Source: Mustelus asterias (taxonomy: Eukaryota). From it: a stretch of 64,000 nt of DNA. Below the pieces are notes generated by a model. That model saw only the letters and a list, made by a program, of their open reading frames with translations. It did no database searches and was not told where the DNA came from. A program made the translations under genes and the position numbers. Numbering within the stretch: the first letter of the stretch is position 1; each line of letters opens with the position of its first letter. The DNA lies in contig NC_135804.1 in NCBI RefSeq assembly GCF_964213995.1, forward strand, positions 49,786,001-49,850,000, in the 5' to 3' direction. Of the stretch, positions 12,122 through 25,765 are shown piece by piece.

Positions 12122-15100
12122 TAGAGCTGAAACATGATTAGAAAGGTCTGCTAGTTACATATTTTACCAGCACATTTTTCATTAAATATAAGGGACATTT
12201 TATGGTCAAATACTTGAGAAAAAGATCACTCCACGACCTTAGCCGGGGAAATTTCTTTAAACAATTGAGACAGACATTGTACTAGGACATAAACTATGCA
12301 TCAGCTTTAGCATTTAAACTGTTGAACATGATAGATTATCCCAAATTTAGAACTGCACCCAACATTCCTGGCATTCTTGTCAAAATAATGCATAGAGATG
12401 GGGGATATCATGCTGACAACAGTGATTAGAATATCACTTTCTATAAAGGCAAAGAAATAAATCTGAACAGCCTGTTTCTTTGGCAGGAAACCTACAAGAT
12501 TAATATACAAAATGGTAACCGAAAACTAAGTCATTCAGTTAGTGGCGAATGGTTGACAAGAGTTTGAACTTTGAATTCCTTCAGCTTGTTAGGGAAAGGA
12601 GAGATAGAAGAAAGTAAAACATCTAACAGTTGTGAAGTCTTTTGAGAATTAGTAAGTTTGAAGAGACAATATGGTGGAATTTCTGTTTATGCACACACTA
12701 TAAATATGACTGTGGGCCAGTTGGTGAAAAGTCAGTGCTGGATGCGGAAGCTGGTCAACGCCTGCACGTGATGTTGCCAAGAAACAGCACGTAGATTGCA
12801 AAACTTTACGAGTAGAACAAAACTAGAACGCTCCCACTGAGATAGATAATGGATTTCAGTCTTCCAGAGGGTGGTCCAGTCAATCATAGAGAGGGCTGCG
12901 GTGAGGTTAAAGGAAGATAATGTACCCTAAATACAATCACAGATAAGTCATTGGTGACAATGGGTATTTCCACGCTGTGTTGGGTTTAGGAGATTCAATT
13001 AGACTTGTGGGACAGATGGACATAAAGCCTTGGAAAGGATATGGACTTTGGAGATGGAGCAGAATTGCAAGGGCAGAGAAGTGAATAAGCTGACAACTTT
13101 GGTCTTTAAAGTATAGGGGTAGTGCCTGACAAGACAGAACTATTTACAGTGCCAGTTAGGAGCAGTCAAAAAAGGAAGCTGGGTAGCAGTTTGGTGGAAC
13201 AGGTGACGGGAGCAGGAGCTCAGTCTCATGGATGAGCTGAGCTTTGACAGGGAATGAGGGTGGAGGGGGGAAGAAAGCTATGCGGAAGGTACCAATGGTA
13301 GGCAAGGAGTTTCAGGACCAGGGTATGGTGTAGGGCGGGGTGGAGGGTTGGCCCTTGGGACAATGGTGACAAACAGTGGAAGCAGCTAAATAAATTACTT
13401 GATTGTTGGTGACAAAAATCCATGAGCTCCTCAAATCTATTGTTAGAGAAGATGGAGTAGGCAGGTAAGTAGGGAAAAGGAACCTAAGGTGTTCAGTGCC
13501 CTCTGCTAAATCTGTCCTCTACTCCACCATCACTTCAGAGAACAGCAAGGCCTGAAAAGGCTTGCTTTGTTCAAGCCACATTATGTGTGGATGACTAGAT
13601 CAATTCTGCGTCAGGTACACTCACATGCGTATCTTAGACTTGAAGAAACAAATATGGGGCCATGCCAGGAGAAACAATGGGGATGGAAAGTAGTGCAGCT
13701 TTTGCTAGGGACAAGTGCACAAAAATTAAAAATCCTGCTCAATCACTGAGCACCAGACATACACTGACTCTACTTTCATCTTTTGATGTGTATTAAATCT
13801 TTCTGAATGTTAAAAGCTTAATTTGCTTCACCTATATATTAACAGGCTAATTTCAGAATGGAATTCATTAAACAAATGCAGCTCGACTAACACAACATGT
13901 TATCGTTGAAGAGTTGGTGTAGCTACCTCAGAAAGGTCGGTCCCCACACAGCTACTGGTACATGTGGAATAGTAGCCCTGTAAGGAATCAATGCCTTTAG
14001 GCAAGACAGAGAAAACTGGAGAGATGAAACATTTTTTCCCCCAAAAAGGCTCCTCTTGAAGGAATTTGTTTACTGACCGTACTTTCCACTTAAATACCAG
14101 AGACACAATATAATTAACCACAAAGGCAAAAGGAATGGAAAGTGATGGGCAGGCTTACACTGTCAAGGACGTAAAAGAAATAGCCCCAGGCTGACATAAA
14201 CAGAGTTACATTAAACTTTGTATTTCAAACTTTGTAAATCAACCTGGGGAACTCGACTGAAATATGATGAACTTACTTAACAAATCATTGGAGGCAATCT
14301 GTAATTTATAGTTTCTTCAAAACATGCTATCATATCAAACGGCAAAGAACAGTCCCATGTTAGATGTTTCTCAGGGTCAAAACTAGGAACTCACATAAAA
14401 CACAATTGTGATCTCAAATAGTTAATAAATGTAAATTCTGAATTCCTAAATGATAGGGAAATAGAAATTTAAATTAGTTGTTGATAAGATAGAAGCTAAG
14501 GTTCTGGATGTACCCATTATTTGTCATTTTAATCCAAGCTAATGGGATTTTCAACATAGATAAGACCTAGAGAGATAAATGTTACTTTATTTCAAGACAG
14601 AAAGGTATTGAACATCTTCTGTGCTTAGGGCTGAGCAGGATACAGTAAATAAACAATGTTCTCATTTTACATTTGAGATAGAACAAACATATTTCAAATG
14701 CAGCAGTTGGAAGACAGAGTTTATTCTGGAGGAATCTGCACAGTTCGTACTCAGTTGTGGAATAAATTAACCAGCAAAAAAAATCTGAACTATCAAACAA
14801 TCCACTGAAGGAAAAAATGGTAAATGGCAACAGAACCTCCTCAGAGGAATAATAAAGATAATTCATTTCTAAAACAGATAAATTACTTCAGAACATGTAA
14901 TAATTTGCTGTGCCAACTATAGTCAAAATGAATCAAAGCAGTTTACTCTCATTAGATTGCATTTTAATGACTCCTGCCCGTACCAGTTCCATAAACAATG
15001 TTTTCTTTCTTTAAAGGTAGCTTGTCGTCCAATAAAACAAAATTCAAGGAACAATCCCACATTTTTCAATTAGGCATTTTATACTGTTCTGACCTCAGCA

Positions 15101-17129
15101 CAGAGTTCAACAGCTTTAGACCCTCTACCACCAATGGACCATTACTCTAGGATGTATCTTCTACATGATGCACTGCAGCAACTCTCCAAGGCTTCTTTGA
15201 CAGCATCTTCCAAACTAGCAATCTCTGCCACCCAGAAGAACAAGGGCAGCAGACCCTAGAAATTGCACCAGCTGCAAGTTCCCCTCCAAGTCACACCATC
15301 CCGACTTGGAACTATATCGTCATTCTTTCATTGTAACTGGATCAAATCCTGGGACTCCCTTTCTAACAGCATTAAGTACCTACAACACTTAGACTGCACA
15401 GGTTCATCACCACCTCGCAACAGCAATAAATACTGGCAGTGTCAGCGACACCTACATCCCACAATTTTTAAAAATCCCTTCTCCTTCATTTACTTATCTA
15501 GCTATCCCTTAATGACATCTACACTATTCACTTCAACTGCTCCCTGTGGTAGCAAGTTCCACATTTTCACCACTCTCTGGATAAAGATGCATCTGAATTT
15601 TCTTTTTGATTTCTTGGTGACTTTCTTATATTGGTGGTGCCTGGGTCTGCTCTTCTCCACAAGTGAAAGCACCTCTCTGTGCCCACTCTATCAAAACATT
15701 TCATTATATTAAAGGCCTCTATTCAATCACCCTCAGCCATCTCCTTTCAAGACGGGAGAGACCTGGCTTGTTCATGCCTTCCATGTAGGCAAAACATTGA
15801 AGTTCTGGGGGTCATCCTTGTAATTTATTTTTATCCTCTTCGGTGCCTCTCTCTTTTGATAACATGGCAACCAGAATTGCACACACTTCCAATGTGGTCA
15901 AACCAAGGTTCAATACTAGTTTAGCATAACTTCTCTACTTTTCTATTCAATCCTTCTAAAATAAACCCCGAGTTCAGTTTGCCTTTTTTTGCCAAATGGT
16001 TTTGTTAACTCAAGTTTTCAGTAATTTGTTTATTTGGACTCCTGATCCCTTTGCTTCTCAATCCCATATAAATTCTATTTTCCAAGGAAATGTGACCTCC
16101 TTATTTTCCTTTCCAAAACATTCATACCTCACACTTCCATGTTGAAATGTGTCCATTCTGCAAAGTTTACTAACATCTTCTTGTGATTTGTCGCACTCCT
16201 CCTCAGCATTGACTATCCACCCAACCCTGTGTTCTAGATTCCAAAATCTAACCTGTTAACATTAATTGTGAACATGGGGCCGAGCACTAATCCTTGCGGG
16301 ATCTCACTTCCCACCTTCTGCCACCCTGGATCATTAAAGTCAGTTTGCATTGACAATTTTAAGCTTTTTTGTCCTTTTCTTCAAGTTTTAGTTTCAGCAT
16401 GAAATGACTTGGGAAAAGAAATTAGGCGCTGCTTCAATTAAACAAAATGTCAGTAATTCTAATTAATATTTTAAACATTGCGAATACTCAAGAAAACAAG
16501 TTGCTTTAAATGTTAGGTTCAGTTCATAATTATATGCAGTTCGCTGGCACTACTTTCAGGAATTCACCTTTAACGTCCAGATATTTTTTGAATTAAAAGC
16601 AACATTGAAAAGCTTATGATTAATGTTGTGAAAACATACAATAATCTGTCAGTATGATGAGTGGAGACTCCAAACACTGGGGATTACGAACAGGAAAACA
16701 ATTGCCATCTTATTTTTAGTAAACAAAGTCTTGGTATGTGACCCAAGTCAGCCATTCATTGATGACTTCAATCATTCTTCAAAGAATTATCAATACATTA
16801 TTCCATGCCCAATTAGGAATTAAAGACTGGCATTTGCTGCCATCTAAATTTACAAATAATACAGTCTGCACAACACTAACCGAAGATGATCCAGCTACCC
16901 CACAAAGAATACAAATTGTGCTGCCTTTGTTTCATTTGTTGTCAAAAATCAGGTCCAAGATTGCATGTATATTGCATTAATGGGCTCAGCACAGCACATA
17001 CTGCATATAATGTTTGTGCCATGATATTGTCATGCCCACCTGCCCACACTAAAAATAACAAAATTAAAAGTTTGGGCTGATGCATTTGGGAATAAACACA
17101 TTTTTAATAACATGATAACTGATAACATT

Positions 17130-17320
17130 GCCGGTTGGCTCAGCTGGCTAGACAGCTAGTGTTTGGATCAGATTAGCAAGGGGTTTGATCCCCGTTCTGG
17201 CCGAGGTAAACTCAAGGCTTGCCTCTTTGCCCTACCTATAGTAAAACAAAAGTCGCTTAGCCTTGTTTCAGTGATTATCAGCAGGGACCTGATCTAGGGA
17301 AGAGAACACAAGAAGAGAAG
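17130..17320 (+). mobile_element. tRNA(Ile)-like-headed SINE, degenerate
   Basis: GCCGGTTGGCTCAGCTGGCTAGA...GGGTTTGATCCCCGT resembles tRNA A/B boxes but does not form an intact cloverleaf. Confidence 0.5.
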
Positions 17321-19122
17321 GAAGTAGAGAGAAATACTGCCAAACAAACTCTCTGACCCCACCACAATTGCGGAATCTCATTCTCTCGATGAGGGGATTT
17401 TCACAGTAACTTCATCGTAGTGTCAATGTAAGCCTACCAGTGACACTATTCAATAAACTTAAAAACAATTCAAACTGAAATTGTTTTTCTCTTTCCTTTT
17501 CTCTCTATTTCAAAATCTTTATCTTTCTCTCCTTTTATGATTTAAATCTAATATTTCCTGGTTGAGACTCTGCTTGGCAAAGTGACGATTCTTCAATCTG
17601 ACTGGTCGAAGAGCCTTGCTCTTTCTTGCCCTGCTCACAGTCCAGGGAATTACACCAGATAAAATTAGAGCCAATGTGAGCATTAAAGCCGGGGAAGACT
17701 GCATGGGCAGCTGTCAGGAAGGTGCACAGTGAATGCTGCTCCTTCATCACTGGCTGCAAAATCCAAGCCAGCGTGTCTTATGGAATTGCAACATTGCATT
17801 TACAGTTATTTTCAAATAATCAGTACTTCTTTAAACAGAGTTTAGCCTTAATAGTGAAATTAAACTGGTTAATAAAATGCTTTTTTGAAAAACGCAGCAA
17901 GCTAAAAACAAATCAGGCCCTTCAGTTGGTTAATTACGCTCCTAGCCAAACTGACCCTTTGGGACACGGCAAATAGGCTCAGTAAAGAACAAAAAATTGA
18001 ACACTGCTAATCAGTTAAATAAGACTACTAGCCAAATTCTGCCACAAGCATCAAGCGTCCCACGTCAGGACTGCTTTCATGTAGCGACCCAGACTCGGTG
18101 GCACATCTGCACTTTTAATTTAATGGGAGACAATTAGTAAGCCATGTCTGCTATCACTGTCCAGTTAGGGGTGGGAAGTGGGCTGAGAAGATGGGAGGGT
18201 CTATCAGAGCAGCCTGAGCGAAGAACGGCCTTTGGAACCACCTTGAGGGGCTGTGTGCTGCCAAGCTGCACAGTACAGGCGAGGGCAACACAGGGTGGAG
18301 GCATGACGATGATGAATTGACTGATAGCCAATCCCTTCCACCCAGCCCTATCCCAGGTGGAGATGAATCCACTTGCAAGGCTTTGCAGACCCATGGCCAG
18401 AGGGCTGTCAGTTTGGTCCTTCAAAGGTAAAATTTCATATTCATCACATGGTGCCGATGTCTCACATTGCTTTCGCCTCCTGCAAGTAAGCGGGCTGCAA
18501 ACAAAATGGAGGAGGGGGGATGTATTTTTGGCACATTTGGCAACTCCTTACTCTGCCCACCATTGCCAGGTTCATTGCTGTTACCACTGCGTTCCAGCTT
18601 CTGGGAAATACATGAGGCAGCACATGTTGGGGAGCTGGCCCCCTTTTTATATTAAGTTCCTCTATCGCGCCCCACACCCCCCCCATCCCCTCCAAAGGGC
18701 TGGGAAAATACAATCCAAAGAAGCAGAATTGTGATACGCATTCTAAATGTAACAAGGTTATTTGATCCTTCTGTTTCCTTTCTAAATGGGTTAGGGAAAA
18801 TTTGCACAAAACTGAATCTCCCTCAATGTCTCAATCCCCTCAATGCTGGGTTCTTGGAACATTGTAAGAATCTGATTCTTGCAAAGTACCCTGCAACTCT
18901 GAAAACTCACTGCCACTACAGTAAATAGTGTTAAGATCAGTATTGCTGCTTGCTGAGGCATGGAATAAGCACCAGATCAAGAAATCAGACTGAAAAACCA
19001 AGGTTTCATGACAATATTGAAATCACTCGAGATACTGATACCCATGCCTGTAATTTTCATGTGATTGTTTTTTTTCTTCCTAACAAAAGTTTTGCTGAAT
19101 GCACTATTTTAATGTCACTTAC

Positions 19123-20064
19123 CTCCCCTGAGTAACTGTATTTACCCTTCAATATCTGCCTATATAATCGTGTGCGATTGTCATCTTCAAAGGGCATAGT
19201 TCCACTTAATAAAATGTAGGAGACTACACCCAATGCCCACATGTCAACAGAATTTGTGTAAGGCTTCCTCACGAGGATTTCGGGGGCAATATACTCTGGG
19301 GTGCCACAGGTAGTCTTCATGAGACAGTCATCGCCTTTCTTTCGAGTGCTTGCTAATCCAAAATCTGTGATCATAATCTTGGAGTCAGCACCTGGATGAT
19401 AGTACAGCAAGTTTTCAGGTTTCAGGTCTCTATGGGTGATGCCAAGGATATGCAAATATTTAACTCCTTCAAGAACCATTTGCAGAACTCTGGTGGCATC
19501 TCTTTCAGTAAAGGAGCCTTTGGCTATGATCCTGTCAAAAAGTTCACCTCCAGTTGCTAATTCCATCACCATATACACCCTCTCTTGAGTCTCAAATACT
19601 TCAATGAGCTGTATGACATTGGTGTGTCTCACTCTCCTGAGGACATTGAGTTCAGATTCACACACTTCTCTGCCTTCCCTGTACTTAGTTTCAATCAATT
19701 TTATTGCATAAGGCTGTTTAGTGCTTTTGTGCTCCACTCTGACCACTCGACTAAAACTTCCTCGACCAATCAGTGCCTTGATGTCATATTTTGCAGTCAC
19801 TCTGGGGTCAAACTTTGCACGGTACTTGGCCACTTTATTCCTCCTCGGATCATTCTGCTGGTCCCAGTGTCCAGTTTGTTGGTATGCATTAGTCTGATGA
19901 GGTGGTGGTTGGCCTGCCTTGCCACCACTCTTGATGGCGTCATATTTAATAAAGTGCTTGTACTTATCACCGTGGTGGCCAGTGTATGGCTCCACAGTTT
20001 TCACTAGATCCAAATGGACATCTTTAGGTGGCTCGGGCAGCACCTTGCTTGTCCCACAGCCCAT
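19123..20064 (-). CDS. PSKH1: Protein serine kinase H1, main coding exon (314 codons, phase 0 end)
   Basis: ATG at 20064 gives MGCGTSKVLPEPPKDV. Kinase motifs GRGSFS, AIK, HRDLKPEN, DFG and GTPEYIAPE are present. The exon ends YSYSGE|gtaagt, and its acceptor is ...cgttgcag|20142. The catalytic HRD is intact, unlike the pseudokinase PSKH2. Confidence 0.95.
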
Positions 20065-20399
20065 CACTTTTTGCTGTTAGTGAGCCAGGAAGGCATGTTG
20101 TCCCTTCATCACTCTCCCTCTCCTTGTACTTTCACCCTTCCTCTGCAACGAGAAAGAAAAACACAAATTTCAAACCACTTTTAACACAATACTTGTAACT
20201 GACAAGTCAGGTCGAATATTCTCCACAGCTTCCAGTTACAATAACTGGCTTTTATTTTGTAAAGATTCGACACTTACAAGAATATGATATTGAAAAGTTG
20301 ACTAGATGACTCGGTTCAATATGCAGGTTATAAGAGTGAGGGGAAGGTCTGATTAACGAATGAAACTCTCATTCCCCAGCCCCAGCTAAAGCTGTGACA

Positions 20400-20680
20400 G
20401 GCGAATCCCCGGGAGCCGGGCGGCCCCTTCCCGAAAAGCGCGGTCCCACCCCGGCACGGCCCTCACCTGACTCGGCACAGCAAGGCCGGCTGCTCCGGCT
20501 GTCCCGCTGAGGGCCGCTGCCAGGCGCAGCATTGCCAACCTCAGAGGCCGGGCCGCGGCGCTGCTCCTTCCCGGTCCGCACACTGCCAGCCCCTCCCCCT
20601 GAACTTTCCCTGACCTCACGCTCCCGGCGCGATTGGGTCACTTCCGCGCCCCAGACTGGGGTTGCCATGGCAATGTCAAT
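20400..20680 (-). promoter_or_regulatory. CpG-island promoter of PSKH1 with CCAAT, ETS and RFX X-box sites
   Basis: Sharp CpG enrichment. CCAATC (minus strand) at 20631-20636, CGGAAGTG (minus strand) at 20639-20646, and the near-palindromic X-box GTTGCCATGGCAAT at 20661-20674. Confidence 0.7.
20467..20620 (-). other. PSKH1: Probable non-coding exon 1 of PSKH1
   Basis: GC/CpG-rich block ending in a CAG|gtgagg donor at 20467/20466. The TSS position is inferred. Confidence 0.55.
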
Positions 20681-20927
20681 CATTCGCCTTGCCAACCCTC
20701 CAGCAGATTGCATTTATTCGTTCAGTGGGGATGTTACCATCAGTGGCTGGGCCAGCACAATAGTCCTTGAGAAGGTGGTGTGAACTGCCTTTTTGAACAA
20801 CTACAGCAAATGTGGTGTAGGTACACCCACAGTGCTGTTAGGGAGGGAGTGACAGGATTTTGACCCAGTGACACAGAAGGAAAAAATGATATATTTCCAA
20901 GCCATGATGGTATGTGGCTTGGAGGGG

Positions 20928-21400
20928 TACTTCGCTTGGCCTTTTGGCCTTATGGCAGCATGGTGGCACAGTGGTTAGCACTGCTGCCTCACAGCACCAG
21001 GGAGCCAGGGACCTGGGTTTGATTCCCAACTTGGGTGACTGTGCGGAGTCTGCACGTTCTCCCTCTGGCTGCGTGGATTTCCTCTCAGTGCCCCAATTTC
21101 CTCCCACAGTCTGAAATACATGCTGGTTAGGTGCAATGGCCATGCTAAATTCTCCCTCAGTGTATCCGAATAAGTGCCGGAGTGTGACAACTAGGGGATT
21201 TTCACAGTAACTTCATTGTAGTGTTAATGTAAGCCTACTTGTGACACTAATAAATAAACTTAAAAATCAAGGTGAAGCATCGGATCAAGCCCAGGATGGG
21301 GTCCAATGCCTTGTCTTGTTAGCTTGGAACTTGTTTGCTCCTCTCGTGGGGACCATGAATTGGATTCAATTTGAATTTGATTTTTTGGATGGAATAATTT
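20928..21400 (+). mobile_element. U2 snRNA-derived element, copy 2 (split by a HE1-like SINE)
   Basis: GGCCTTTTGGC before the insertion. After it, GCATCGGATCAAGCCCAGGATGG...CATGAATTGGATTCAATTTGAATTTGA matches copy 1 at 7330-7436. Confidence 0.65.
20954..21263 (+). mobile_element. HE1/V-SINE-like SINE (tail type B)
   Basis: Full head, core and tail as at 1051-1330. Confidence 0.8.
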
Positions 21401-22859
21401 TTTTTAAAAGATGGAACTTGTACATGGCAGATCTGCTGCCTTTATCCTTTAGGTGATATAGATCATGATTTGGAAGGTGCTGTTGAAGGAGCATATTGTT
21501 TCAGTGCATCTTGTAACTGGTACACATTGCTGCCACTAGGCATTGGTGGTGGCAGCTAATGACACTGGTGGAACGATTGAAATTTGGATGCCCAAGGTAC
21601 CAGATTTGCAGGAACACCCGTATCTGTGCACGGATATCTCAGAGGGTTTTGGGCTGGTGGATGTTACAGAGAAGAACCATTGGACGTTGCTTAACTGAAG
21701 CAATGTAGATCAACAAATTCAGGAGTGGTGGGTGAATGGAACTTAGTGCGAGTTAGGACATGGACTGCAGAGCTTTGGAGATTAGAACATGGGAAGTCCA
21801 CCAGGAATCCCACATTGGAATAGTTAAGTCGAGAGTAACAAGGGCATGAATAAAGGTTTCAGCAGGCCTGGTGAAAATAGGCAATTCTAATGATGGCTCA
21901 GATATATGGCTGGAAGCTCACCTTGGCATTAGATATGACATCAAGGCTGTGAACCATGAAGTTCAGCCTCAGACAGTTGCGAAGGACAGGAATGGAGTTG
22001 GTAACTAAAGAACAGAGTTTGCATTGGGTACTGAAATAATGGGTTCAGTCTTCCCAATGTTTAGTTAGGGGAAATTTCTGCTCATCCAGTACGAGATGGC
22101 AGACAAGCAGTCTGACAATTTACAGATAGTGGAAGGATCGTGAGAGGAGATAGTTAGAAATATCTGTCATCAGTGTGCAAGTGAAAACAGATACTGTATT
22201 CTCAGATGATGTATGAAGCATGTAGATGAGAAATGGCAGAGAGTCAAGGATGGATCATTGGGGGATGCCAGAGATAACGCTGTGGGAGAAGGTGATTCTC
22301 TGGCTGTGACTGGATACATAAGAATGGAACAAGGTGAGTGTAGGTTCACCCAGCTTAGTGACACATTGAAGGGTTGATGGAGGATGGTGTGATCAATATG
22401 AGGACAGTGGTGTAGTGGATTGGTAATGCAGAGAGCCACGCTAATTAATAGGGACCATGGCTGGAATTCTCTGGCTGTTCATGCCCTGTTGCTGCTGCAA
22501 GTGAGGACAGAGACTTTGGCGCTCAAACAAATCTCCATTCGCTGCAGTGGGACCAGAGAATCCCGCTAGCGTGAACAGCTGGAAAATTCCAGCCTATGAA
22601 ATAATTTAGTTGTGGTTAAAAAGCAATCTGATTTATTAATGACCTTTAGGGAAGAAAATCTGCTGTCTTTACCTGCTCTAGCCCACTTGTGACTCCAGAC
22701 CCCCTGGACCCATAGAAATGTTGTTGACTTTGAGTGCCCTCTGAAATTGCCTAGCAAGACACTTAGTTGTACCAAACTGCTACAGAAGATTTAAAAAGGA
22801 ATAAAACTAGACAGACCTCCTAGCATTGAACTCGGCAGTGGAAATGACAAGGGCACACC

Positions 22860-25060
22860 CTACCCAGTCAACTTTGCAAAGTCCTCCTAACTAACATCTG
22901 GGGACTTGTGCCAAAATTGGGAAAGCTGTCCACAAGACTAGTTAAGCATCAGCTTGACATAGTTGTACTCACTGATTCATACCTTATGTTGGTGGGGTTT
23001 TCGAGGTGGCTGGGTACCGTCAGAAATTTCAAACAATACAAGACTCACGAAGCCAGTGTCCCAGTTTAAAGATGTAACTTTTATTAAAACCAGCGATCGC
23101 AGGGAGAAATTTATTGAAGAGTCCTCGTTCACTCTGGCGAGGAGCAACCTCACAACTCCAATTAAGCTCTGACGTTCAATGGTTAGGAAAGGTCAATTAT
23201 TCTCTTCTTATCAAATACATCTGCCTTTCATTAGCTTTGAATCAATTATCTTCAATATACATAAATCAACAATAATATCTGTCATATACTGCAGTCAATT
23301 GTACCTTACCTTCTGGCATAATGGTATTTCATTAGTTTATAAAATCTAGAGGTCTCCTCACGTTTTGGCTAACTAACATCTTGTACCCCTTAGTAGCCAG
23401 ATACATTCCAAAATATCAACATATATGTTTTTAAATCATCATTACTTGTTTAAATTTCTTACTGCATTTCATATGTGTGCAGACTGTTCCCTTGTTAGCT
23501 TATAAACCTGATTTAAATTCATTTATCCTGAAGCTGGTAGTTCTGCCAGCGTCTTAAACATCTAATGATTTAAAATCTTCACTAACCTATTAGGATTTTT
23601 ATCCCAACATGTTTCAACCAACCTAACAGATACCCCTATCATCATCCTTGGGTATGCCCTGTTCCACCAACAGGGCAGAGGTGGTGTCACAGTGTTATAC
23701 AGTCAGGAGGGAGTTGCTCTGGGAGTCCTCAAATTGACTCTGGACCCCATGAAGTCTCATAGTCAAACATGGACAAGGAACTCTCCCACTGACTACAACC
23801 AGGTGGTGAATCTGTACTCCTCCAGATTGAACACCATTTGGAAGAAACAAGTATAGCAAGGGTTATGGGTTGCGAACTTCATGTCCATCATCAAGTGGTA
23901 ACAATATTACTGACTGAGTTGGCTAAGTTCTGAAGGATATGTCAGCCATACTGGGCCTATGGTAGGTGATGAAGGTCCCAGCAAGAGGGAAAACCTATTG
24001 GATCTTACTCTCACCCAATCCACTTGTTGCAGATGTATCTGTCCTTTTGGTGGAAGGAACTACCAACAATCGTTATGGAAACAAACTCCTATCTTCACAC
24101 GGAGGATACCATCCATTGTGACGTGTGACACTACTTAAGTGGTATGTGGGATAGACAGCTTAAACACCTCAAAACAGCATTCCATGAAGTGCTGTGGATC
24201 ATTAACAGCAGCAGAATTATACTCAACCACAACCTATAGTCTCATAACCTGCCATATCCCTCACTCTATCCTTATTAGAGGATCAACCCAGCTTCAACTG
24301 AGGAGTGCAAGAGCTATTCAGGCATACCTAAAAATGAAGGGTTAACCTGGTGAAGCTGCAACACAGGGCTGCATATAAAACAGCAGGAGCAGCATGCAAT
24401 AAATGGAGCGAAGCAACCTCACACCCAATGGATCAGATCAGTCTTGCCACATCCAGTCATGAATAGTGATGGACAGTTAAACAACTAACCAGGAGGAGAG
24501 GCTTCACAAACATCCCCATCCTCAATATTGGAGGAGCCCAGCACATTCGTGCAAAAGACAAGGCTGATTCATTTGTAGCCATCTTCAGCCAAAGGTGTCG
24601 AGTGGATGATCTATCTTGATATCCTCCTGAGGTCCCCAGCATCACAATGCAAGTCTTCAGCTAATTTGATTCTTTCCACATGATATCAAGAAACAGCTAA
24701 AGGCACCGAATACTGCAAAGGTTTTGGGTCCTAACAAAATCCCAGAGGTATAACTGAATACTGGTGCTCCAGAACTAACAAACGAGCCATAACCCTGGTC
24801 AAGCTCTTCCAGTGTAGCTACAACACTGGCATCTAACCGATAATATGGAAAATTGCCCAGATATGCCCTGCTGACAAAATTAGGAAAAATCCTATCTGGT
24901 TAATTAGTGTCCCATTGGTCTATTCTCAATCATAAGCAAAGTGATTAAAAGTGTTGTCCACGGTGCTATCAAGTGGCCCTTACAAGCAATCACCTGCTCA
25001 CTGACACTCAGATTGGGTTATGCCAGGGCTGCTCGGTTCCTTATATCATTACAGTCCAAT
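22860..25060 (+). mobile_element. Old degenerate CR1 LINE (endonuclease to RT region), interrupted
   Basis: Frameshifted CR1-like sequence including an RT-proximal segment (...GGAAAATTGCCCAG...CCCATTGGTCTATTCTCAATCATAAGCAAAGTGAT...). The same family appears reversed at 6560-6990. Confidence 0.6.
22987..23609 (-). mobile_element. Solo LTR-like insertion in CR1
   Basis: TGTTGG...CCAACA inverted termini and AATAAA on the minus strand (~23080). It interrupts the CR1. No clean TSD. Confidence 0.5.
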
Positions 25061-25431
25061 TATGGATCGGCAATTAATGACTAGCCAGTGAAGACCACAT
25101 CCCTTGAATGAATAAAAACAATGAATAAAAACAAATATTTCTTCCATTGTTAAGTCAGAAGTGGGGATGTTCATTGATAATTGCACAGTATTCAGTTGCC
25201 AGCATTTTATGAGGGCCAGTGTAAGGCTGAGTGGATGAATGGCCTCACTCTGTGTTGTGATATTCCATTCTGTGAATGATGTATGGGCAGATCCATCAAG
25301 CTTATTTATTCAGCCTTCCAGGTGTTGGATGGGACATTACCTGTTTCTAATAATGTCGATAGAAATGTCTCTGCTCTATTTGTTTTTCTCTCTGTGAGGT
25401 TCTGTTCATCTTTTTCTCTCTCCATTCATTG

Positions 25432-25765
25432 TGGGAGAGGTGATGACCTCATGGTATTATCGCTAAATTATCAATCCAGAAACTCAGCTAATGTTCTGGG
25501 GACCCAGGTTCGAATCCTGCCATGGCAGATTGTGGAACTTGAATTCAATAAAAAAATCTGGAATTAAAAATCTACTGATTGTTGGGGAAAAACCCAACTG
25601 GTTCACTAATGTCCTTCAGGGAAGGAAATCTGCAATCCTTACCTGGCCTGGCTTATGTGACCTCCAGAGCCACAGCAGTGTGGTTGATTCTCAACTGCCC
25701 TTGGGCAACTAGCGATGGGCACTAAATGCTGGCCAGCCAGCAATGCCCATGTCCCATGAATGAAA
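25432..25765 (+). mobile_element. tRNA-derived SINE (non-HE1 family)
   Basis: B-box GGTTCGAATCC, core GGTTCACTAATGTCCTTCAGGGAAGGAAATCTG and an ATGAATGAA tail. Related copies lie near 22410-22760, 29857-30135, 49235-49455 (-) and 56960-57680 (-). Confidence 0.7.

Noticed and set aside
1-19056. PSKH1 last coding exon (expected to begin PWP...)
   Set aside because: No matching exon was found by eye. It probably lies beyond the window's left edge.
19057-19122. ORF-track C-terminal extension of PSKH1 (VSDIKIVHS...) and the GTG start at 20067
   Set aside because: This is intron read-through past a consensus GAG|gtaagt donor. The ATG at 20064 gives the conserved MGC acylation motif.
20369-20783. 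GC-rich ORFs on both strands
   Set aside because: A by-product of stop-poor CpG-island sequence, with no protein motifs.
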